35,692 nucleotides of DNA. Source: an uncultured Mycoplasmatota bacterium (GTDB taxonomy: Bacteria > Bacillota_I > Bacilli_A > RF39 > UBA660). This document shows, in pieces, positions 9,603-19,933 of the stretch; position 1 is the stretch's first letter; each line of letters starts with the position of its first letter. Under the pieces are notes generated by a model. It saw nothing but the letters and a program-made list of their open reading frames with translations, did not search any database and was not told where the DNA came from. The translations under genes were made by a program, and so were the position numbers. Location: contig CAOJCV010000003.1 in the NCBI GenBank assembly GCA_948432605.1, positions 1 through 35,692 of the forward strand, written 5' to 3'.

Positions 9603-10667
9603 ATGGAAAAAATTAAAGTATTTCAAATTGGTTGTGGCAAGATGAGTAAATATATCATGCGTTATATTTATGAAAAAAAAGGAGAAGTTGTTGGGGCTGT
9701 AGATATTTCTGCTGATGTTATTGGTAAAGATATTGGGAATGTTATGGAGACTGAGGATAAGGGTGTTAGGATTGAATCAGTTAAAAAGCTTGATTCTTTA
9801 TTAAAAATGACAAAGCCACAAGTGGCTATAATTACTACAATGAGTTTTTTAAATGACATCGAAGAGTCTATACGTATATGTATTAAAAATGGTGTAAATG
9901 TTTTAACAACTTGTGAGGAAGCTTTTTTTGCAAATAATTCTAATCCTAAGAGTTTTAAGGAATTAGATGCTCTTGCTAAGGCTTTTAAAGTAACAGTGAC
10001 AGGATGTGGATATCAAGACATTTTTTGGGGGAATATGATTACTAGTATCTGTGCTTCTATGCATCGTATCACAAAAATTAAGGGTGTTAGTTCTTATAAT
10101 GTAGAAGATTATGGACTCGCTTTAGCATTAGCTCATGGAGCTGGTTTTACAAAAGAACAGTTTGATTTAGAAATTGCTCAATCAAATAAGATGAGTGAAG
10201 AAGAAAGAATTGCTTTGATGGAAAAACGTGAATTTTTTCCTAGTTATATGTGGAATGTAGTAGGGTGGCTGGCTGATAAATTAGGACTTCATGTAAATTC
10301 TGTACATCAAGAGTGTATTCCTGTCATGGCTTTAGAGAATTTAGAAAGCATAACTTTGAGTCAAACAATTGATAAAGGTATGGTTCGAGGTATGAATGCA
10401 ATTGTTACTGCTATGACAAAGGAAGATATAATTTTAGAAATTGAATGTATAGGAAAAGTTTACATGGAATCAGAATCTGATTTAAATGAATGGACTATTT
10501 ACGGAGAACCAACTACACATGTATCAAATGAAAAACCTAATACGGTAGAATTAACTTGTGCAGATGTGGTAAATCGAATACCACAAATTATAAAAATGCG
10601 TAGTGGTTTTGTTTCAACAAGTGAATATCCAGAACCAAAATATATTGTAAATGAATTTGAAGTGTAG
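9603..10667 (+). CDS. Dihydrodipicolinate-reductase-like NAD(P)-dependent amine dehydrogenase (2,4-diaminopentanoate dehydrogenase family)
   Basis: Rossmann QIGCGKMS, GVNVLTTCEE, VTGCGYQD, VVNRIPQII motifs. Confidence 0.75.
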   Translation: MEKIKVFQIGCGKMSKYIMRYIYEKKGEVVGAVDISADVIGKDIGNVMETEDKGVRIESVKKLDSLLKMTKPQVAIITTMSFLNDIEESIRICIKNGVNVLTTCEEAFFANNSNPKSFKELDALAKAFKVTVTGCGYQDIFWGNMITSICASMHRITKIKGVSSYNVEDYGLALALAHGAGFTKEQFDLEIAQSNKMSEEERIALMEKREFFPSYMWNVVGWLADKLGLHVNSVHQECIPVMALENLESITLSQTIDKGMVRGMNAIVTAMTKEDIILEIECIGKVYMESESDLNEWTIYGEPTTHVSNEKPNTVELTCADVVNRIPQIIKMRSGFVSTSEYPEPKYIVNEFEV

Positions 10668-10680
10668 TGTGAGGTAAACT

Positions 10681-12102
10681 ATGAAGAGTGTAAAATTAGA
10701 GGAAAAAATTGTTATTGTTTTAATAAGTATTTTATTACTTATTGTAATCCCTTTGGTTTTTTCTACTCTTTTTTTTAATAAGTTTCAAATAAAAGATTTT
10801 GATTCTGTTCTTGAAATAGCATATCAAAGTGAAATAACTTTTTTAGGTGGAACTGTTTGTTATGGAAATGCTTTTTCTTGTTTCGATGTAGAAGTGCATT
10901 CAGAAGGAGAAGTTGATTCTTTTAAAATTGGAACATATCAAATGAAATATACTTATATGTTTGACGGAAAAATTTTAGAAAAGATGCAAACAGTTAATGT
11001 TGTAGATAAAACTCCACCTGTGTTAGAAATAGAAGATAGGGAATATACTTATTGTAAAAATGGTAAAGTTCCAAAATATTCTTATAAAGCAGTTGATAAT
11101 TTGGATGGGGACATAACTGATAAAGTTTCTTCTTCTATTATAGATGGTCATATTGTATTTTCTGTTACTGATTCTAGTGGAAATACTACTACAATTGAGA
11201 AACAAGCTATGTTGAAGGATGAGGAAGCCCCAACCATTTTGTTAAAGGGAGAGGAAAAAATGTTTTTGTCTTTAGATGAAGCTTATAATGAACCAGGTGT
11301 AAGTGCTTATGATAATTGTGATGGAGAAATTTCTCAAAAAGTTGTCGTAGACGGAAAGGTGGATGAAAAGAAGCCTGGAACTTATATCCTAACATATACT
11401 GTAATGGATGAAAGTGGAAATATGGCTCATATAAGTAGATCAGTTGTTGTTGAAGATAAAAAAATAGTAGGAAGAGTTATTTATTTAACATTTGATGATG
11501 GACCAAGTGCATATACTACAAAGTTATTGGATATTTTAAAGAAATACAATGCAAAAGCAACTTTTTTTGTTACAAATCAATCTTTATCTTATGGTTATGA
11601 TAATGTTATTTTAAGAGCTTACCAAGAAGGACATACGATTGGTCTTCATTCTTATTCTCATAATTATGCCATTTATCAAAGTGAGCAAGCTTATTTTGAT
11701 GATTTATATAAAATTCAAGAAAAGGTTAAAAATATTACAGGTCATACTTCTAAAATTATTCGTTTTCCTGGAGGTAGTTCTAATACTATTAGTCGTCAAT
11801 ATGATGGTGGATCTAAAATTATGAGCAAACTTACTAAGTTAGTTTTAGAAAAGGGTTTTCGTTATTATGATTGGAATATTGTTAGTGGCGATGCAGGGCA
11901 GACAGAAAGTTCTTCTGAAATTATTTCTAATGTGACAAAAGAGTTTGGAAAATTCTCGACTCCAATTGTTTTGCAACATGATATTAAGAGTTTTAGTGTG
12001 GATGCAGTGGAAGGTATTTTATCTTATGGGGTTCAAAACGGTTATAGGTTTGAAGCTATTACTATGAATACACCACTTATCCAACATCGTGTTAATAATT
12101 AA
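10681..12102 (+). CDS. Polysaccharide (peptidoglycan) deacetylase with N-terminal TM anchor and DUF5011/Ig-like repeats
   Basis: IYLTFDDGP, KATFFV, GHTIGLHSYSH, RFPGGS, DWNI, VLQHD (CE4). VVDKTPP and AYDNCDG Ig-like repeats. Confidence 0.9.
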   Translation: MKSVKLEEKIVIVLISILLLIVIPLVFSTLFFNKFQIKDFDSVLEIAYQSEITFLGGTVCYGNAFSCFDVEVHSEGEVDSFKIGTYQMKYTYMFDGKILEKMQTVNVVDKTPPVLEIEDREYTYCKNGKVPKYSYKAVDNLDGDITDKVSSSIIDGHIVFSVTDSSGNTTTIEKQAMLKDEEAPTILLKGEEKMFLSLDEAYNEPGVSAYDNCDGEISQKVVVDGKVDEKKPGTYILTYTVMDESGNMAHISRSVVVEDKKIVGRVIYLTFDDGPSAYTTKLLDILKKYNAKATFFVTNQSLSYGYDNVILRAYQEGHTIGLHSYSHNYAIYQSEQAYFDDLYKIQEKVKNITGHTSKIIRFPGGSSNTISRQYDGGSKIMSKLTKLVLEKGFRYYDWNIVSGDAGQTESSSEIISNVTKEFGKFSTPIVLQHDIKSFSVDAVEGILSYGVQNGYRFEAITMNTPLIQHRVNN

Positions 12103-12127
12103 AAAGAGCCATTTGGCTCATTTTTTA
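12101..12127. terminator. Probable bidirectional terminator between convergent genes
   Basis: AAAA-GAGCCA-TT-TGGCTC-A-TTTTTTT between the deacetylase (+) and ligD (-). Confidence 0.6.
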
Positions 12128-12135
12128 GTAAAGAT

Positions 12136-13554
12136 TTATTGCGAAATATTCCAAAAATTTTCCCAAGGATCTTTTCTTTTTAATCTTTTTAAAGCAGTTT
12201 CGATTGTTATTTCATCTGGTTTGATAGTATTCAATTCACTCCATTTAATGGGGAGTGAAATACTTAATTTCTTTTTTATTCTAATAGAGTAGGGAGCAAC
12301 ACTTGTTGCACCTTTTGTATTTCTTATCCAATCAATGAAAATTTTTCCATTACGTTCATTCATTCTTACATTGCTCGTGTATTTATCAGGCCATTTCATT
12401 TCCATGATTTTGGCAATATTTTTAGAAAAATCTTTTGCTTCGTTCCAACTTTTTAACGAGCTAATGGGGACTAATACGTGATACCCTTTGCCACCACTTG
12501 TTTTTAAAAATGAAGTGAGTTTTAATTCATCTAAAATACTTTTTAGGTCCATTACGCCTTGACGAACTTTTTCTAAGTTTAATTTTTTGTCGGGATCTAA
12601 GTCAAATACAATGATATCTGGTTTTTTTAGTTTTGTAGTTTTACATCCCCATATGTGAAATTCATAACTGTTTCTTTGAACTTCTGTTATAAATCCTACA
12701 GAATTTTTTATATAATAGTAATCTTCTTTTTTTCTAGTCTCATTTTTAATGATTTTTTTCCCTAAATTTTTATTAGATGTTTCAAAATGTTTTTTATAAA
12801 ATTTTTCTCCTTCTATGCCATTAGGGCATCGAATGGTACTAATTAATCTTTTTTCAAAAAAAGGCATTATTCTAGGAATGATTTTTTTATAATAATCTAC
12901 TATATTTTTTTTAGTGATTTTAGGTTTTTTATATATGATTTTATCAGGATGAGTAATTTCAATTTTTTCCAATTCTTGATTTTCTCTTGTTAAATATTTT
13001 TTTGGAGTAATATTTTTTTCAATTTCACTCATTGTTCGATTGGTTTTGATACTTGTTTTAAATTGATTTATATTTTTATATCCTTTAATATTATCTTTTT
13101 CTTTAATTAATAACCAATTGTCTTCTTTAAAATGTACTAGACTCCATTGTCCCTTTAAACGTTTTCCATCCAATTTAAATTTTAAATTGCCATTTTTTAG
13201 AGACCTTTGAGGATTTTCGATTGGAATCCAATATCCTTCATCCCAAAGCATCACAGTTCCACCTCCATATTCTCCTTGAGGAATTGTTCCTTCAAAATGT
13301 CGATAACTTAAAGGGTGATCTTCTACATGTATTGCTAATCGTTTTTCTGTGGTATTATAGGATGGACCTTTTGGAATAGCAAAGCTTAATAGGGTACCAT
13401 TTAATTCTAATCTAAAATCATAATGATCTTTTCTTGCTAGATGATGTTGTACAACAAAGTGTAATTTTTTTTTCGTTTTTTCTATTTTGCCATATGGTTC
13501 TTTTGTTTTTTTAAAGTTTCTTTTTTTATTATATTGCTTTAAGTCTTTTTTCAT
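12136..13554 (-). CDS. ligD: LigD-type 3'-phosphoesterase + primase-polymerase fusion lacking the ligase domain
   Basis: PE: FVVQHHLARKDHYDFRLE, AIPKGPS, RLAIHVEDHP, YGGGTVMLWD. POL: ITHPDK, RCPNG, VFDLDP, KTSGGKGYHV, KIFIDW, SVAPYS, DPW. At 472 aa there is no room for a ligase domain, and no ligase motif I was seen. Confidence 0.9.
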   Translation of the reverse strand: MKKDLKQYNKKRNFKKTKEPYGKIEKTKKKLHFVVQHHLARKDHYDFRLELNGTLLSFAIPKGPSYNTTEKRLAIHVEDHPLSYRHFEGTIPQGEYGGGTVMLWDEGYWIPIENPQRSLKNGNLKFKLDGKRLKGQWSLVHFKEDNWLLIKEKDNIKGYKNINQFKTSIKTNRTMSEIEKNITPKKYLTRENQELEKIEITHPDKIIYKKPKITKKNIVDYYKKIIPRIMPFFEKRLISTIRCPNGIEGEKFYKKHFETSNKNLGKKIIKNETRKKEDYYYIKNSVGFITEVQRNSYEFHIWGCKTTKLKKPDIIVFDLDPDKKLNLEKVRQGVMDLKSILDELKLTSFLKTSGGKGYHVLVPISSLKSWNEAKDFSKNIAKIMEMKWPDKYTSNVRMNERNGKIFIDWIRNTKGATSVAPYSIRIKKKLSISLPIKWSELNTIKPDEITIETALKRLKRKDPWENFWNISQ

Positions 13555-13688
13555 AATATATCACATGATTAGTTTGTAATTAAAATACAAAGTTATTCTT
13601 AAATCTTAATTTTGTCAAAAAAAAGTCCATAATATCGTGTATTACGAACTTTTTTTTATTCACACAAAGGTGTGTGTCAATTTTAATA

Positions 13689-13765
13689 TGGGGCGAAATA
13701 TGGGGATCGAACCCATGCATGCTAGAGCCACAATCTAGTGTGTTAACCACTTCACCAATTCCGCC
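13689..13765 (-). tRNA. tRNA-His (GTG) with encoded G-1 and CCA
   Basis: Minus strand GGCGGAATTGGTGAAGTGGTTAACACACTAGATTGTGGCTCTAGCATGCATGGGTTCGATCCCCATATTTCGCCCCA. Anticodon arm CTAGA-TTGTGGC-TCTAG, T-loop GGTTCGATCC. Confidence 0.97.
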
Positions 13766-13834
13766 ATACAAGAATTATTCTAACAAATTCTTGTTTCTTT
13801 TTCAAGTATATATTATAATTATTTTAGGAAAGAA

Positions 13835-14053
13835 GTGATTTTTGTGATGATTTTAAATATTTTTACGGATTTATGGGATACTTTTTTAGATTTTATTGAG
13901 CCTCTTACATCTTTTTTAAAAGAAACATGGAGTGATCTTAATACTTTTTTATTAAAATATATGTCTCAAGATGTTATGAATATTTTGGCTTTTGGAATTG
14001 TTGTTGCTATTATACTAATTGTTGTTTTAGCAGTAATTAATAATAAAAATTAG
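13835..14053 (+). CDS. Small hypothetical membrane protein
   Basis: 72-aa ORF with a C-terminal hydrophobic helix; exact start uncertain. Confidence 0.6.
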   Translation: MIFVMILNIFTDLWDTFLDFIEPLTSFLKETWSDLNTFLLKYMSQDVMNILAFGIVVAIILIVVLAVINNKN

Positions 14054-14183
14054 TCATTTATTTTTTTAAGTAGTTAAATATTTTTTAAGTTTTTTGTTCC
14101 ATACTAAAAAAAAATAGTGGAACTTTTTTTAATACTTTGATAAAATAATACGGAGAGTAAACAGAGGTCTGGGATGTGTTGTA

Positions 14184-14765
14184 GTGAATAAAGAGGAAGT
14201 TTATACTATTTTAACTATTGTTATTTCCATTGTAGCAATTTTTCAAACGTGGAAGCAAATGCAGTTAAATACTAAAGAAGTTTTATTTGAAAAAAGAATG
14301 GATGCTTTGTTTGTTTATGAAAAATTAATTAATTTTTATGTTCAAAATAAACACATTTTTTTGTCTAAATCATTGAGTGCTGATAAAATTAAGAAACTTT
14401 ATTTATCTATGACTCTTCTTTTTGATTTGCATGATGAAAGTGATATTGAGAAGCTAAAACTTATGATAGAAAAAATTCCTTTTCTTTTTTGTGGCTCTTA
14501 TATTTTCTTTTTACAAAACTTTTTGTATACGATTTTCTTTTTTATTCAAAAAATTTATTATACTCAAAAATTTTTAGAAAAAATAGAAAAATTTCAAGTT
14601 ATAGAAATTTTACTTTTGAAAGATTATTTTCTAAATAAAACTTTTTCTAAAAGCTGGGCGTCAGAGCAAAATCTTTTATCCACAACTTATGATTACATTC
14701 AAGAAAAGAGAATAATGAGAAAATTAAAAAGACAAATTAATTTATTTTATTCTTTTCGAAAATAA
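14184..14765 (+). CDS. Hypothetical protein with N-terminal TM helix
   Basis: 193-aa ORF, TILTIVISIVAIFQTWKQ N-terminus. Confidence 0.6.
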   Translation: MNKEEVYTILTIVISIVAIFQTWKQMQLNTKEVLFEKRMDALFVYEKLINFYVQNKHIFLSKSLSADKIKKLYLSMTLLFDLHDESDIEKLKLMIEKIPFLFCGSYIFFLQNFLYTIFFFIQKIYYTQKFLEKIEKFQVIEILLLKDYFLNKTFSKSWASEQNLLSTTYDYIQEKRIMRKLKRQINLFYSFRK

Positions 14766-14872
14766 TTGAAATATCTTTTTTGATTAGTTCCATTTCAATT
14801 TTCTTTTTTTTAAATATTGTGCTAGAATAGAAGTAATACAAATCATTACTTTTTTTTGTCAGGAGGCATAGT

Positions 14873-17800
14873 ATGGATAATATCGAAAAAGAAATATTAA
14901 AGGCTGTAACTCGTTTAGATTATCAAAAAGGACTAAATTATGATGAGGATTATATAGATCATGTTGGGACATCTAATATAAGTAATCAAAAAACTCTTCA
15001 GTTTTTAGTTGAATCTGAGCGTTCTAATAAAAAGTATGTTGTTCAAGTAGATTCTAAAAATGGGAGAATAAATAGAACTTTTTGTACGTGTCCTCAATTT
15101 CGAGAAACGCAGTCTTGTAAACATGTAGCAGCTTGTTTGGTATGTTATTCTGATAAATTATTAAGTATTCAAGATACTAAAGTGGTGGAGTTAAAAACTA
15201 AACAATTGTTTCAAAAACTAAAGTCTGAATTTGAAAATGAAATTACAAAAAAAGAAGAAGTTCATGTTATTCCATATATTACTAAAGATACAAGTTATTA
15301 TTATGATGTTGTGACTTTAAAAGTTAAAATAGGTGTAGATAAAATGTATTCTCTTTTGGGAAAATATAATGCTTTTAAAAATGCATTCCGTGATGAAGAA
15401 GAATATAATTTTGGAACAAATTTTAAATATGATCCTAAGAAACATTTTTTTAATGAGACAAGTTTAAAAGTATTTTCTATCATTAATGGGTTAGCTAATA
15501 AAAGGAGTCTTTCAGGAAATTCTATTGTTTTGGATGATGATTCTTTAAAGGAACTATTAAAACTTTTTAAAGATGGTATTTATATGGAAGAAAATAGGCA
15601 AAAAACGCCTATTCGAAATGCTTTTCCATTACAAATGAATTTATCAAAAGAAAATCACAAATATAAAATGCATTTTGAAAGTGATATTCAATATGTAGAA
15701 AGTTTAACTGAAGATTATGAATATATATTACTCTCTAATGTAATTTATCATTTAAATAAAAAGCAAAGAGTTCTTTTAGAAGAATGTTTAAATCATAATA
15801 TGAAAGAATTTATTTTTGAAGAATCGGCTTTTGATGATTTTCAAAAAAGCGTGTTAAGAGTTGTTAAAGATTCTGTTAAATTAGACGAGAGTGTTAAAGA
15901 TCTTGTCTTAGTTTCTAAACCTGAGGTTAAGTTTTACTTTGATTTAAATGAAGATAATATTACTTGTATTCCTAAATTTATTTATAATGAAGAAGAAGTT
16001 TCTTTTTTTGATAAATCTTTAAATATTATAAGAGATGTAGATTATGAATCTGAAGTAGTCAATATTTTAGCTTCTTATGAATTTCATAAAATGAATCATA
16101 TTTTTTTGTTAGATGATTTTGATTTAATGTGTGAATTTATGGATGGAGGATTGGATGAAATTTCAAAGATATATCCTGTTTATACTTCTGAAAATTTAAA
16201 AAATACAAATGTTTTAAAATCTAGTTCTATAACAACTCATTTTAGTATTGGACAAGGACAAATTTTAAATTATGATTTTGATTTAGGTGGGATTGATAAT
16301 TCTGAACTTGATAATATTCTTCTTTCTATGAAAGCAAAGAAAAAGTATTTTCGTCTTAAAAATGGAGATGTTTTATCTTTGGAACAAGATAATTTAAAGC
16401 AATTAAAAGATTTAACTGAAGAGTTAGAAATTGAAGGAGATCAAGGTACTATTCCAAAATATCGGGCTTTATATTTAGATTCTTTGAAAGAAAAAAAATA
16501 TGGAATTATTAAAACTGATTCTTTTTTTCAACAATTTATTCAACAGTTTAAAGAATTTCAACATTCTGAGGTTTCTTTTACAGATAATGAATTACAAACT
16601 TTACGAGATTATCAAATTGATGGCGTAAAATGGTTGTATACTATTTGTAAATGTGGATTTGGTGGTATTTTAGCTGATGAGATGGGGCTTGGTAAATCTT
16701 TACAAACAATTACTTTTATTAAACGTTTGCTTGAAGAAGCAAATGATGCAAAATTTTTAATAGTTTGTCCTACTTCTTTAGTCTATAACTGGGAAAATGA
16801 GTTTTTGAAATTTGCACCTGAATTAAAATTTCAAGTATTTTCTGGAAATAGAGTGGATCGACGTTCTTTACTTGATTCCTTTTCTGGAAATATATTTATT
16901 ACTTCTTATGGATTACTTCGAGAAGACATAGAAGTGTATCAATCAAAATCTTTTCGAGTGTTCGTTATTGATGAAGCTCAAAATATTAAAAATCCAAAAA
17001 CTGGACTTGCGAAAGCAGTAAAAAGTATTATTTCTGAAACAAAATTAGCATTAACAGGAACTCCTATTGAAAATTCTATTGTTGAACTTTGGAGTATCTT
17101 TGATTTTATTATGCCAGGCTTTTTATCAAGTCTTGTAAAATTTCAACAAAAGTATAAAATTAAAGAATTTGATGAAGATACAAATAAGTTACTTGCTACT
17201 TTAAAAGCTCAAGTAAAACCATTTATTTTGAGAAGAAAAAAAGCTGATGTAGTAAAAGATTTACCTGATAAAATTGAGAATAATATTTTTATTGATTTAA
17301 ATGAAGAACAGAAAAAATATTATGCTGCTGAGGTTAAGTATGTAAATGATGAAATGACTAAGCTGATTCAAAGTGGAGGTTTTATAAGAAATAAGATGTT
17401 GATTTTGTCTTTACTTACTAAGTTAAGACAACTTTGTATTGATCCTAGAATATGTATAGATAATTATAATGGGGGAAGTTCTAAAATTGAACATTTGATT
17501 GATCAAATTAAAGAAGTTGTGGCAAATGGACATAAGATCTTACTTTTTACTAGTTTTAAAACAGCTTTAAATATTGTGCATGAAGAATTAGAAAAGGAAA
17601 ATATTTCCAGTTATATTATTTCTGGAGATGTCCCATCTAAAAAAAGACAAATGTTGGTAGATGCTTTTAATAAGGATGAAACAAATGTATTTTTGATCAT
17701 GTTAAAAAGTGGTGGAACAGGTCTTAATCTTACTAGTGCAGATGTAGTCATTCATTTGGATTTATGGTGGAATCCACAGGCTGAGAATCAAGCTACTGAT

Positions 17801-18010
17801 CGTACTCATAGAATAGGACAAACAAAAAATGTTGAAGTCATCAAACTTATTTGTAAAGGTACTATTGAGGAAAAAATCCTTGCTTTGCAAGAAAAGAAAA
17901 AAATTCTATCTGATAAAATGATAGAAGAGGATATGGATGATAATACATATCTTAAAAATCTTTCAGAGCAAGATATTAGAGATTTACTTGCTTATGAGAA
18001 TAAAGATTAA
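14873..18010 (+). CDS. SNF2-family helicase with N-terminal SWIM zinc finger
   Basis: CTCPQFRETQSCKH (SWIM), GGILADEMGLGKS, IDEAQNIKN, ALTGTPIEN, SGGTGLNLTSAD, WWNPQAENQATDRTHRIGQ. SD AGGAGG. Confidence 0.95.
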   Translation: MDNIEKEILKAVTRLDYQKGLNYDEDYIDHVGTSNISNQKTLQFLVESERSNKKYVVQVDSKNGRINRTFCTCPQFRETQSCKHVAACLVCYSDKLLSIQDTKVVELKTKQLFQKLKSEFENEITKKEEVHVIPYITKDTSYYYDVVTLKVKIGVDKMYSLLGKYNAFKNAFRDEEEYNFGTNFKYDPKKHFFNETSLKVFSIINGLANKRSLSGNSIVLDDDSLKELLKLFKDGIYMEENRQKTPIRNAFPLQMNLSKENHKYKMHFESDIQYVESLTEDYEYILLSNVIYHLNKKQRVLLEECLNHNMKEFIFEESAFDDFQKSVLRVVKDSVKLDESVKDLVLVSKPEVKFYFDLNEDNITCIPKFIYNEEEVSFFDKSLNIIRDVDYESEVVNILASYEFHKMNHIFLLDDFDLMCEFMDGGLDEISKIYPVYTSENLKNTNVLKSSSITTHFSIGQGQILNYDFDLGGIDNSELDNILLSMKAKKKYFRLKNGDVLSLEQDNLKQLKDLTEELEIEGDQGTIPKYRALYLDSLKEKKYGIIKTDSFFQQFIQQFKEFQHSEVSFTDNELQTLRDYQIDGVKWLYTICKCGFGGILADEMGLGKSLQTITFIKRLLEEANDAKFLIVCPTSLVYNWENEFLKFAPELKFQVFSGNRVDRRSLLDSFSGNIFITSYGLLREDIEVYQSKSFRVFVIDEAQNIKNPKTGLAKAVKSIISETKLALTGTPIENSIVELWSIFDFIMPGFLSSLVKFQQKYKIKEFDEDTNKLLATLKAQVKPFILRRKKADVVKDLPDKIENNIFIDLNEEQKKYYAAEVKYVNDEMTKLIQSGGFIRNKMLILSLLTKLRQLCIDPRICIDNYNGGSSKIEHLIDQIKEVVANGHKILLFTSFKTALNIVHEELEKENISSYIISGDVPSKKRQMLVDAFNKDETNVFLIMLKSGGTGLNLTSADVVIHLDLWWNPQAENQATDRTHRIGQTKNVEVIKLICKGTIEEKILALQEKKKILSDKMIEEDMDDNTYLKNLSEQDIRDLLAYENKD

Positions 18011-18449
18011 TTTAAAATTATAATTTCTATATTTAAATATCTTGCAAAAATTAACCAAAGAAGATAAGGAATGAATAAATATCCTGATATCTTCTTTTTC
18101 TTTATTAAATAATATGTTAGTACAATGTTTATTCCGATAAGTAAAAGAAGCCAAAAAAGCGAGAAAATTCGCCATTAAAAAAAAAATAGAATTGTCCATG
18201 TATAATTTAAAAATAATTGTACGTAATATAAAATATCTATTTTTGAACATTTTTGATTTTCTTTTTTATAAAAGTAATATGCTATTCCAATTAATAAATA
18301 AATAATTGTCCAAACAATAGGAAATAGATAAGATGATGGGGAAATAGTTGGTTTGTTTATTTGATTATAATCTTAATAATTAATGAAGTTAATCCACCTA
18401 ATAGAAGTGGTAAAAAAATAGTTATTAATGACTTTAATTTTTGAACCAT
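18007..18449 (-). pseudogene. tspO: TspO/MBR (tryptophan-rich sensory protein) pseudogene, frameshifted
   Basis: SD AAGGAG and ATG 18449. Pieces in different frames: MVQKLKSLITIFLPLLLGGLTSLII / YNQINKPTISPSSYLFPIVWTIIYLLIG...QLFLNYTWTILFF / ...SGYLFIPYLLWLIFARYLN*. Shifts near 18370 and near the homopolymer at ~18180. Confidence 0.8.
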
Positions 18450-18513
18450 ATCAATGTTCTCCTTAAAATAATATAGTTTAAATTTCTTTTTTTATGATAA
18501 AATATTTTTAGAA

Positions 18514-18828
18514 GTGGATGATTTTATGAATGATATTGAAAAAGATTTTCAAAATATTTTAGAGCAAAATGCTTTGGAAAAAGTAAATGATCGTTTTTAT
18601 TTAACGAAATATCAAACTCAGGTTTTAGAAAAAAATAATATTCCTTATAAATCATGTAATTCTATGAGTGAATTATTATTCTTATTATCAGATATAAGTA
18701 ACGAGGATGAATTTTTTGAGTTGGAAATGGTAGCGAAAGAGATAGAAGAGTTTCATTATTATAATGAACATAGAGGTATGTTTCCTAGATCTTGTTGTAG
18801 ATCAATTTTTAAATTTTTGATAGTATGA
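18514..18828 (+). CDS. Hypothetical protein
   Basis: 104-aa acidic ORF with normal codon usage; start may be ATG 18526. Confidence 0.6.
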   Translation: MDDFMNDIEKDFQNILEQNALEKVNDRFYLTKYQTQVLEKNNIPYKSCNSMSELLFLLSDISNEDEFFELEMVAKEIEEFHYYNEHRGMFPRSCCRSIFKFLIV

Positions 18829-18855
18829 AATTATGTTATAGAAAGTTGGTAAAGC

Positions 18856-19878
18856 ATGAATGTAAATAAATGGATTTTAAGAAAAATAAAAGGACTTAAT
18901 CATGAAAGAATGAATGAATTTGTAAGTAAAATTGCAAAAGAAGAATGTAAATCAAAATTGTTTGTTAAATTAGATATCTATTGGAATTTTTTTACTCGTG
19001 GATGTGGGTATACTGATTATTTTCGAGGAAATTATATTAATTTATCCAAAAGCGAGAAAGATACGTTTGTAACAGCTAAGAAATTTTATAAAATACTTGA
19101 TTATTTAAATGATGAACGTTATGAAATTATTTTGCATGATAAACTTTTATTTAATAAATTTTTTCAAGATTATTTAAAAAGAGATTATATTAATTTACGA
19201 GAATGTTCTTTTGAAAAATTTGAAAAGTTTTTAAAAGGAAAAGATGTAGTATTTGCAAAAACGCCAACTGGGGAAGGTGGTCATGGAGTTTCAAAAGTTG
19301 TAGTAAAAGATTTTAAAAATTTGAAGAAGCTATATAATGAACTTTTGGAAAAACAACAGTTTTTGGTTGAAGATGCGATTATTCAAAGTAGGGATTTGAA
19401 TGAAATTAATCCTAATGTTGTCAATTCCTTTCGCATTGTGACTCTTTATAAGGATGGTGAAGTTACTATTTTAAATAATGCTTTGCGAATTAATCAAGAT
19501 GATTCTGATGTAATAGGATGTACGAATGATCTCTATTTTAGTTTAGGAGAAGATGGTAAAATTGATTCTAATGTTATAGATGATTATGGAACTATTTATG
19601 AAAGTCATCCTTTAACGAAAAAAAATTTTAAAGATGTCCAAATTAAAGGTGTGAAGGAAGCCTTTGATAAATCAATTGAGTTAGCGCGCAAAATACCTCA
19701 AGTAAGATATATTGGTTGGGATTTTGCTTTCACAGAAGATGGACCCGTTTTAGTAGAAGGAAATGAATATCCAGGATATGGTTTGTTTCAGTTTTATAAG
19801 TTAAAAAATAAAAGAACAGGTCATTTGGAAGAAATTGCTCAAGTTTTAAAAGACGAAATGTCACAGATAAAATTATAA
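18856..19878 (+). CDS. Sugar-transfer-associated ATP-grasp family protein
   Basis: DKLLFNKFF, FAKTPTGEGGHGV, INPNVVNSFRIVT, HPLT, YIGWDFAFTEDGPVLVEGN-x-x-PG. Confidence 0.85.
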   Translation: MNVNKWILRKIKGLNHERMNEFVSKIAKEECKSKLFVKLDIYWNFFTRGCGYTDYFRGNYINLSKSEKDTFVTAKKFYKILDYLNDERYEIILHDKLLFNKFFQDYLKRDYINLRECSFEKFEKFLKGKDVVFAKTPTGEGGHGVSKVVVKDFKNLKKLYNELLEKQQFLVEDAIIQSRDLNEINPNVVNSFRIVTLYKDGEVTILNNALRINQDDSDVIGCTNDLYFSLGEDGKIDSNVIDDYGTIYESHPLTKKNFKDVQIKGVKEAFDKSIELARKIPQVRYIGWDFAFTEDGPVLVEGNEYPGYGLFQFYKLKNKRTGHLEEIAQVLKDEMSQIKL

Positions 19879-19904
19879 GTTTTCATGATAGAAAGCTTTT
19901 TTGT

Positions 19905-19933
19905 TTGTATAATTCCCACTTTTATGATATAAA
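19905..19933 (+). promoter_or_regulatory. Putative cas9 promoter
   Basis: TTGTAT (19905-19910), 17 nt, TG-n-TATAAA (19928-19933), just after a terminator-like hairpin at 19877-19902. Confidence 0.55.

Noticed and set aside
13580-13771. 63-aa minus-strand ORF
   Set aside because: It overlaps tRNA-His and its downstream hairpin; spurious.
14873-19878. SNF2 helicase and ATP-grasp gene upstream of cas9 as CRISPR accessory or defence genes
   Set aside because: Both are common Firmicute chromosomal families, and a terminator-like hairpin plus a separate promoter divide them from cas9. No sequence evidence of linkage.
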